Of a stretch of DNA of 32,000 bases, positions 26,231-32,000 are shown one piece after another (position 1 is the first letter of the stretch; every line of letters starts with the position of its first letter). The position numbers and the translations under genes are program-made. Origin of the DNA: Geotalea uraniireducens Rf4 (GTDB lineage: Bacteria; Desulfobacterota; Desulfuromonadia; Geobacterales; Geobacteraceae); contig NC_009483.1 of NCBI RefSeq assembly GCF_000016745.1, forward strand, positions 3,330,001-3,362,000. Direction: 5' to 3'. Below the pieces are notes generated by a model that worked only from the letters and a program-made list of their open reading frames with translations, did no database searches and was not told where the DNA came from.

Positions 26231-26251
26231 GGGCGCACGTTTGCACGCCCC
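26230..26251. terminator. GC-rich hairpin between convergent genes (possible bidirectional terminator)
   Basis: GGGGCG-cacgtttgca-CGCCCC lies between the stops at 26230 (+) and 26263 (-). The T-tract is weak. Confidence 0.35.
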
Positions 26252-26262
26252 GGCAATTTATT

Positions 26263-26610
26263 TCAGCCGATCAGCTTTGCCAGCCGGCTGCGCTGTTTCT
26301 CCAACCTGTCCTGCCCCTTTTCGATGGCTTTCAGAAGGTCTTTCTTCGCCTCATAGGCCATGTCGGAGCCCTTGTCGAGGATCTCTTCAGCCTTGTCGCC
26401 GACCGTTTCGACCATATCGGAGACTTGAGCAGAGAAGTCATCCACCACACCTTCTGCTTTGTGTTTTGCCTTTTTTGCATAGCGCACTATATCCCGCCGT
26501 GTCCTCTTCCCCGACTGCGGAGCAAACAAAAGAGCTGCGCCCGCGCCGATTATTCCGCCTGCCACGAGCATAAGCGCACCAACTACGGCATTATTGTTTC
26601 TATCGTCCAT
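26263..26610 (-). CDS. YtxH-domain protein (115 aa)
   Basis: GALMLVAGGIIGAGAALLFAPQSGKRTRRDI is followed by a long charged helical region, the canonical YtxH layout. A GAGGAGG RBS is present. Confidence 0.8.
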   Translation of the reverse strand: MDDRNNNAVVGALMLVAGGIIGAGAALLFAPQSGKRTRRDIVRYAKKAKHKAEGVVDDFSAQVSDMVETVGDKAEEILDKGSDMAYEAKKDLLKAIEKGQDRLEKQRSRLAKLIG

Positions 26611-26761
26611 TTATTACCTCCTCGATGATTTAATCACACAAATTGTACCGTAAAAACGACCAATGCCTAGTGGCGCAGGTTTTATTTTATTCTTGGCAAC
26701 CTCCGTGGTATAGTTAATGTGCGTTGTATCAATTTCTGCCCTGAAAAATACGGAGTCCTCC

Positions 26762-27865
26762 ATGAACCAGATCCTCGATGTGCTCATAGTCGGCGGCGGC
26801 CCTGCAGGAGTTGCGGCAGCATACCTTTGCCACAAGAAAGGGCTCAATTACCTGATTATCGAATCCGGCAAGGGAATCTTCCAGGGAATAGCCAACACCT
26901 ACCCGGAAGGAAAGAACGTCTATCCATCCAAACCGAAGGAAAACCCGGAGCCATTTCTGGTTGAGGAACTGCGACCTCCTGACAAGCCGGTTGCCGTCGA
27001 AAAATACATCCAGTACGTACAGCACTTCGTCCAGCACGAAAACCTCGCGGTACAGACCGAAACCCAGTTTGACGACATCAAGGAAGAGCGGGAACACCTG
27101 AGCGTTCAGACATCGAGCGGCCCGATCAAGGCGCGCAAAGTGGTGCTGGCCTTCGGCAGCAGCATCCCCAAGGAGCTGTCGGTTTACGGCGACGCAAAGA
27201 TGGTCGCCAAAACCCTCGATGATCCGAAAAAATACGTGGGAGTCCGCACGCTGGTCATCGGCGGCGGAAATACAGCCGCCGACGTCATCATTTCCATCAT
27301 GAAGGAAAAACGCCAAGCCGGGGACATCAACCCCGTCTACTGGGCTCACATCGCCGAAACCTTCGACGTCAACAAGGAAACGGCCCAAAGGCTCGGGGAA
27401 GAGATCCTGCTCGGCGGGAATATCCGTCTCTTGCCGGGGGCAACGCCAAGGATCGGCGAAGTGGACGAAGAAGGTGTGGACCGGCTGGTAATCCGCACCA
27501 GTGAACTGAAACAGCCCGATGGCATTGAAATCTACAACGCCATGAGTTTCCCGATGAAAAACGTCATTGCCTGCATCGGCTCCCAGGGACCGCTTCCCAT
27601 CTTCGACAAGATCGGCGTCCAGACCATTGCCTGTGCCGAAGGGGTCTGCCATGTGGCCAAGGAAGGGGACCGGCTGATTCTCCTCACCGCGGATTTCGAA
27701 TCGACCCGCAAAGGGGTTTACGTGATCGGCGGTGCCATCTCCCCCTCCTACATGCGAATCAGCGGCGGCACCATCCAGGAGGAAAAACACCCCAACCTCA
27801 TATACACTGCCATCAACGATGCCGGGCATGTGGTCGAAGCGATCCTGAAAAAAATCGGCAAATAA
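26762..27865 (+). CDS. FAD/NAD(P)-binding pyridine-nucleotide-disulfide-oxidoreductase-like protein (367 aa)
   Basis: I prefer the ATG at 26762 (MNQILDVLIVGGGPAGVAAA is the first Rossmann GxGxxG). The second dinucleotide motif is LVIGGGNTAADV, and there is a C-terminal GVYVIGGA. Confidence 0.75.
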   Translation: MNQILDVLIVGGGPAGVAAAYLCHKKGLNYLIIESGKGIFQGIANTYPEGKNVYPSKPKENPEPFLVEELRPPDKPVAVEKYIQYVQHFVQHENLAVQTETQFDDIKEEREHLSVQTSSGPIKARKVVLAFGSSIPKELSVYGDAKMVAKTLDDPKKYVGVRTLVIGGGNTAADVIISIMKEKRQAGDINPVYWAHIAETFDVNKETAQRLGEEILLGGNIRLLPGATPRIGEVDEEGVDRLVIRTSELKQPDGIEIYNAMSFPMKNVIACIGSQGPLPIFDKIGVQTIACAEGVCHVAKEGDRLILLTADFESTRKGVYVIGGAISPSYMRISGGTIQEEKHPNLIYTAINDAGHVVEAILKKIGK

Positions 27866-27867
27866 GC

Positions 27868-27893
27868 GAAGGGGGGCTCGCGCCCCCTTTTTC
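27868..27893 (+). terminator. Intrinsic terminator
   Basis: GAAGGGGGGC-tcg-CGCCCCCTT followed by TTTTT, immediately after the stop at 27865. Confidence 0.7.
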
Positions 27894-27953
27894 AATAGCC
27901 CTCCCCCTTTTCTCCTCCGTTGCCATTCCTTCATTTTCTGCTAAAGTTACAGC

Positions 27954-29045
27954 ATGTGCGAAATTACATGTGATGAACTCGGCCCGGCGAAGGTCATTCA
28001 GCTTTACTCCCCAAAGGAACAATTGCGTGCCGTGGTGGTCGTGGACAACACCGCCCTCGGCCCGGCCATAGGCGGGGTGCGGATGTCGTCCCGACTAACT
28101 GCGGAAGAGGTCTGGCGCCTGGCACGGACCATGACCTTGAAGAACTCCATAGCCGGTTTGCCCCACGGCGGCGCCAAGGCCGGTATTATCGCCGATCCGG
28201 CAAGCCCCGGCAAAGAGCGCCGGTTCCGTGTCTTTGCCCGCATGATCCGTAACCTCACGGAATACATCCCCGGCCCGGACATGGGGTGCGACGAGACGGC
28301 AATGGCATGGATTCACGATGAAATCGGCCGCTCGGTCGGACTTCCGGAGGAGATCGGCGGCCTGCCGCTGGACAAGGTGGGGGCAACCGGCTATGGCCTG
28401 GCCGAGTGCGCGGAGGTGGCAGCGTCTGCTGCGGGGCTGGAACTGAAGGGGGCGCGGGTGGCGGTGCAGGGCTTCGGCAGCGTAGGAAAGGCCGCAGCCC
28501 GGTTCCTCGCGGACAAGGGTGCGGTGCTGGTGGCTGTTGCCGATTCGCAGGGGACGGTGCACAACCCGGACGGCCTCGACCTGCCGGAGCTGGTGAAGGT
28601 CAAGAGAGAGAGCGGCAGCGTCGTCAAGTACTCAAAGGGAAACATCCTGCCGGCCGACGCCGTCATCGGTATCGATTGCCACATCCTGATTCCTGCGGCA
28701 ACGCCGGATGTCATCCACGAGGGGAACGCCGAAACAATCAAAGCCCGCCTGATTCTTCAAGGGGCCAACATTCCGGCCACAACAGGGGCTGAGCAGATAC
28801 TGCACGAACGCGGCATCCTCGTCGTACCGGACTTCATTGCCAATGCAGGCGGGGTCATCATGGCTGCCATGGAATACGCGGGAAAGGCTGAGCAGGAGGC
28901 CTTTACCGCCATCAGAGAGCGCATCAGGAACAACACCCGCCTGATCCTGGAAAAGATGTCTACCGACCAGACCCTCCCCCGCGTCGCCGCAGACGCCCTG
29001 GCACAAGAGCGGGTTCTGCGCGCCATGTGCTACCAGGATTCCTGA
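27954..29045 (+). CDS. Glu/Leu/Phe/Val dehydrogenase family protein (363 aa; size fits Leu/Val/Phe-type)
   Basis: Contains PAIGGVRM, LKNSIAGLPHGGAKAGI (catalytic Lys block) and VAVQGFGSVGKAAA (NAD Rossmann). Confidence 0.85.
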   Translation: MCEITCDELGPAKVIQLYSPKEQLRAVVVVDNTALGPAIGGVRMSSRLTAEEVWRLARTMTLKNSIAGLPHGGAKAGIIADPASPGKERRFRVFARMIRNLTEYIPGPDMGCDETAMAWIHDEIGRSVGLPEEIGGLPLDKVGATGYGLAECAEVAASAAGLELKGARVAVQGFGSVGKAAARFLADKGAVLVAVADSQGTVHNPDGLDLPELVKVKRESGSVVKYSKGNILPADAVIGIDCHILIPAATPDVIHEGNAETIKARLILQGANIPATTGAEQILHERGILVVPDFIANAGGVIMAAMEYAGKAEQEAFTAIRERIRNNTRLILEKMSTDQTLPRVAADALAQERVLRAMCYQDS

Positions 29046-29719
29046 GAACGCCGCTTCATCTTTGCGTCCACCACCAGAGCCCCGTCCGGATAGAGCTCCA
29101 CCGGATTCAGGTCGATCTCCTCGATGAACCCGCTCCCGATCAACTCCGAAACCGCTACGACAACCGAAAGCAGCGACTCCATATCCACCGGCGGCTTGCC
29201 GCGGTAACCGCGCAGCACCACCGCCCCCTTCGTCGCTTCCACGAGCCTTCTTGCCGCCCTCCTGTCAAGCGGCGCCATGGCAAAGGCCACATCCCGGAAA
29301 AGCTCTACGAACAGACCGCCGAGGCCAAACATGACGATCGGTCCGAACTGCGGGTCTACGGCCCCGCCTACGATCACCTCCACCCCCGGCCGGGCCATTT
29401 CCTCCACCAACACACCGGCAGCAACCGGGATTTTCTCCAACTCGGCCACCGCCACCGACAACTCGGCTGCATCCCGTATCCCGAGCCGCACGCCCCCAAT
29501 ATCATTCTTGGAGGCAACACCCGGCAATGCCGCCTTGGCGACAAGGGGGAACAAAAGGGAGTGTGGCGAAGGGACCGGCTCTCCGGCAGGTATAAAAACC
29601 CCGGATGGAACAGCTATCCCCAGCTCGCGCAACAGGCCTTTGACCTCTTGCTCAAGGAACGTCTGACTGTTACCGTGCGCAGCCAGGAACCGCCTCAGTT
29701 TCTCCGTCGTCACTTGCAT
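29030..29719 (-). CDS. ADP-forming acetyl/acyl-CoA synthetase, ATP-grasp (beta) subunit
   Basis: Contains LLRELGIAVP, VAKAA....SKNDIGGVRLGI and VLVEEM, the ATP-grasp_5-type layout. Its start overlaps the upstream alpha subunit stop by 10 nt. Confidence 0.75.
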   Translation of the reverse strand: MQVTTEKLRRFLAAHGNSQTFLEQEVKGLLRELGIAVPSGVFIPAGEPVPSPHSLLFPLVAKAALPGVASKNDIGGVRLGIRDAAELSVAVAELEKIPVAAGVLVEEMARPGVEVIVGGAVDPQFGPIVMFGLGGLFVELFRDVAFAMAPLDRRAARRLVEATKGAVVLRGYRGKPPVDMESLLSVVVAVSELIGSGFIEEIDLNPVELYPDGALVVDAKMKRRSQESW

Positions 29720-31065
29720 GGCCCCTGCCCGTAGTTCATTAATGAGCTCAATCCCCTCACCGCCCGTTCCGGCGACGGATAAACCGGAATCTCCCCTTTT
29801 TCAAGGCGTTTGGCCAGCTGATCCGTAATCCCCCCCGGCGCCAGGTAAGCGACCAGCGGTTTGCCGGATGCAGCCCGGAATACCGTCAACAGCTCCGCCA
29901 ATCGCAATGTCAAACCAACCACGCCGGTATGGGCAATGACGAGGAATCCGTCGTACTCGTCCTGAATTTCGTTGAGCGTCGCCAGGTACTCATCGTCTTT
30001 AACCTGCCCGGTGAGATCGATGGGGTTGGCAACGGAGTAAAATGGGGGAAAGCAGTTGTGCAGCCGCTGTCGTATCGCTTCAGGAAGCGGGGTAATCTCA
30101 ATTCCATGGCGCGCGCATTCGTCAGCAGCCAGAACCCCCAGCCCGCCGGCGTTGGTCACAATGCAGATCCGGTTGCCGCGGGACGGCCTCTGCCTGGCAA
30201 GGGCGTGGCCGGCATCGAGCAGTTCATCCAAATCTCGCACCTCGCGGATGCCGGACTGCCGCATGATCGAACTGAACACCTCGTATTTCCCGGCAAGCCG
30301 GCCGGTATGGGAATAGGCCGCACGCTGTCCGCTTTCCCCCTTCCCTGCCTTGAGGATGAGAAGCGGCTTGCGTTGCGCCAGTTTTTCGGCAGCCGCCACG
30401 AAGCGCCGCCCGTCCGCCATCGATTCCAGGTAGGAAATCACCACGCCGGTTTCCAGGTCTTCGGCCAGGTAGTCGTAGATGTCGGCTCCATCGATATCTG
30501 CGGCATTGCCGTAGTTAACCCCCAATGACACGCCGCGGCCGGACACCGCCAGCGTCTCCAGCAGACAGAGAAGGAGCGCGCCGCTCTGGGAAACCACCGC
30601 CACATTCCCCTTTTTCGGCCGTTTCAGGCGTTCGCGGGGGAGAAACAAGGTATCGAGCCTTTGGTACGGAGCGAACACACCGAGACAGTTGGGGCCGAGC
30701 AATCGGATGCCCAACTCCCGCCCGAGCCGGACGACTTCCTGCTGCAAAGATTCGCACCCCGTCTCGGCAAAACCTGCGCTGACGATGATCGCGCAACGGG
30801 CTTTCCCGGCGTGGGCTGCCAACAGCTCAGGAACTTCCGGCGCAGGACGGAGAATAACGGACAGGTCGACCGTCTCGGGAAGGTCGCGGATTGAAGCGTA
30901 GACCGGCACTTCGTCGATCTCGGTATAGTTCGGATTGACCGGATAGAACTTCCCCCGGAAGGCGCGAAGGTTTCTGGAGACAACACCCCCGAGCCGTTTT
31001 TCATCGGCGGAAGCACCGATCAGGGCGATGGAGCGAGGTTTGAAAAGGCAATCAAGGGAATTCAC
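29710..31065 (-). CDS. ADP-forming acetyl/acyl-CoA synthetase, CoA-binding plus ligase-CoA (alpha) subunit
   Basis: Contains PRSIALIGAS....LGGVV.RNL...F.GK.YPVNP (CoA-binding), LLGPNCLGV, VSQSGAL and AYSHTGRLAG (phosphohistidine loop). Confidence 0.85.
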   Translation of the reverse strand: MNSLDCLFKPRSIALIGASADEKRLGGVVSRNLRAFRGKFYPVNPNYTEIDEVPVYASIRDLPETVDLSVILRPAPEVPELLAAHAGKARCAIIVSAGFAETGCESLQQEVVRLGRELGIRLLGPNCLGVFAPYQRLDTLFLPRERLKRPKKGNVAVVSQSGALLLCLLETLAVSGRGVSLGVNYGNAADIDGADIYDYLAEDLETGVVISYLESMADGRRFVAAAEKLAQRKPLLILKAGKGESGQRAAYSHTGRLAGKYEVFSSIMRQSGIREVRDLDELLDAGHALARQRPSRGNRICIVTNAGGLGVLAADECARHGIEITPLPEAIRQRLHNCFPPFYSVANPIDLTGQVKDDEYLATLNEIQDEYDGFLVIAHTGVVGLTLRLAELLTVFRAASGKPLVAYLAPGGITDQLAKRLEKGEIPVYPSPERAVRGLSSLMNYGQGPCK

Positions 31066-31083
31066 GGTCGAAAACTCCTAGGA

Positions 31084-31132
31084 GAGGTTCGAGGTGCGAG
31101 GTGCGAGGTGCGAGGTGCGAGGTGCGAGGTTC
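31084..31132. repeat. Heptanucleotide microsatellite GAGGTTC-(GAGGTGC)x5-GAGGTTC
   Basis: Seven head-to-tail 7-mers. An imperfect inverted arm made of CCTCGNN units lies at 31147-31185. Confidence 0.9.
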
Positions 31133-31188
31133 AAAAATTCCTTATTCCTCGATCCTCGTTCCTTTTTCCTCGGTCCTCGAACCTGTTT

Positions 31189-32000
31189 TCAAACGCTCTC
31201 CATGAACAGCAGGGCCGGATCTTCCAGATAGCGGACGATCTCTGCCAGGAACAGGGCCGCGTCGGCGCCATCGGTGACCCGGTGATCGAAGGTGAGGGAC
31301 AGGGGAAGGATCTTCCTGACAACGATCGCGCCGCGGTAGACCCACGGCCGTTCGACGATGCGGCCGCAGCCGAGGATGGCCACATCTGGCCAGTTGATGA
31401 TCGGGGTGGCAAAGACACCGCCGAAGTGGCCGTAGTTGGTGATGGTGAAGGTGCGCCCCTTCAAGTCGGTGAGGGCAATGGTCCGTTCGTGGGCTTTCTT
31501 GCCGAGCGCCTGGATCTCCTCCGCCAGGGCGATAATGCTCTTTTTGTCCACATCGCGGATGACCGGCACCATCAGCCCGTCCGGGGTCTCCACGGCAATG
31601 CCGAAGTGGTAATGCTTCTTGAGGATGATCGTTTCTGCTTCGGCATCTATGGATGCGTTGAGAAAGGGGTGGTCCCTGAGGGCATGCTGGGCCGCCTTGA
31701 TAAAAAACGGGAGGAAGGTCAGATGCGTCCCCCTTGCCTCCAGCGCCTCTTGTTCCCGCTCACGCAGGTCCCAAAGATCGGTAATATCAGCCTCCTCCGT
31801 GCAGGTAACGGAGGCGGTGTTTCGCTGCGAGGCAATGAGGTTGCGGGCAATGGTCCTTCGTACCCCCCGAAGCGGTAGCCGCTCGACCGGACCAAAGCTC
31901 TCTTCAGGCTGTCGTGGCGTTGCAGCCTGCGACAGGTCCTCGGGGGTGATGCTGCCACGCGGACCGCTGCCCCGAATGCTGCGCAGGTCGACGCCCCGCT
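31189..32000 (-). CDS. 2-oxoacid dehydrogenase E2 (dihydrolipoamide acyltransferase), C-terminal part; the 5' end lies beyond the right window edge
   Basis: The minus-strand frame is open from 31998 down to the stop at 31189. The translation ..GVDLRSIRGSGPRGSITPEDL.. is the end of the E3-binding domain. RLPLRGVRRTIARNL... and the catalytic LSLTFDHRVTDGADAALFL (DHR motif) follow. Confidence 0.88.
   Translation of the reverse strand, partial: RGVDLRSIRGSGPRGSITPEDLSQAATPRQPEESFGPVERLPLRGVRRTIARNLIASQRNTASVTCTEEADITDLWDLREREQEALEARGTHLTFLPFFIKAAQHALRDHPFLNASIDAEAETIILKKHYHFGIAVETPDGLMVPVIRDVDKKSIIALAEEIQALGKKAHERTIALTDLKGRTFTITNYGHFGGVFATPIINWPDVAILGCGRIVERPWVYRGAIVVRKILPLSLTFDHRVTDGADAALFLAEIVRYLEDPALLFMESV

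Noticed and set aside
26729-27934. 401-aa minus-strand ORF opposite the FAD/NAD oxidoreductase gene
   Set aside because: It is a shadow ORF of a GC-rich gene that has two clean Rossmann motifs on the plus strand. The same reasoning applies to 29027-29734 (+), 29929-30528 (+), 31108-31878 (+), 28095-28562 (-) and the many short overlapping ORFs within 1529-2704 and 5403-6923.

Overview
The window has two parts.

Left part (1 to about 19,955): this reads as a sedentary chromosomal integron.
- The 5' portion of an integron-type tyrosine recombinase lies on the minus strand and runs off the left edge.
- A 174-bp attI-like spacer follows.
- After that comes an array of plus-strand ORFs, many of them AT-rich.
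- These ORFs are separated by at least six attC-like imperfect palindromes (RYYYAAC ... GTTRRRY). The sites fall into two sequence families that keep their stems through compensatory base changes.

Mobile DNA in the array: the array is heavily colonised. Four insertions can be mapped to the base pair, each with an intact target-site duplication (TSD).
- An IS21 element splits an IS91-family transposase gene (6-bp TSD).
- An ISL3 element splits a helicase gene (8-bp TSD).
- An IS256 element has an 8-bp TSD.
- An IS4-family element splits a Y1/RAYT-like transposase that is itself bracketed by 21-bp perfect inverted repeats (9-bp TSD).
- An intact IS91-family transposase and a tyrosine-recombinase plus IS91-transposase pair are also present.

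Cassette cargo looks like conflict or defence genes.
- A two-gene cassette encodes an Rx4H (HEPN-motif) protein plus an SF2 DEAH helicase with unassigned N- and C-terminal domains. This is my top candidate for an undescribed system. It is currently inactivated by the ISL3 insertion but can be reconstructed in frame.
- A single-gene cassette encodes an unknown N-domain fused to a TOPRIM-like domain.
- Another cassette pairs a zinc-ribbon multi-pass membrane protein with a small partner.
- Another carries a CoiA-like nuclease.
- An array of five 19-bp palindromic sites follows the first cassette ORF.

Right part (about 20,960 to 32,000): GC-rich housekeeping genes.
- Alkaline phosphatase, a DUF1566/beta-repeat surface protein with no usable start codon, and a C45/Ntn-hydrolase lipoprotein.
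- DUF3047, YtxH and an FAD/NAD oxidoreductase.
- Glu/Leu/Phe/Val dehydrogenase, two ADP-forming acyl-CoA synthetase subunits, and a 2-oxoacid dehydrogenase E2 that runs off the right edge.

I saw no rRNA, tRNA or CRISPR array. All functional calls come from motif recognition by eye; no searches were run.
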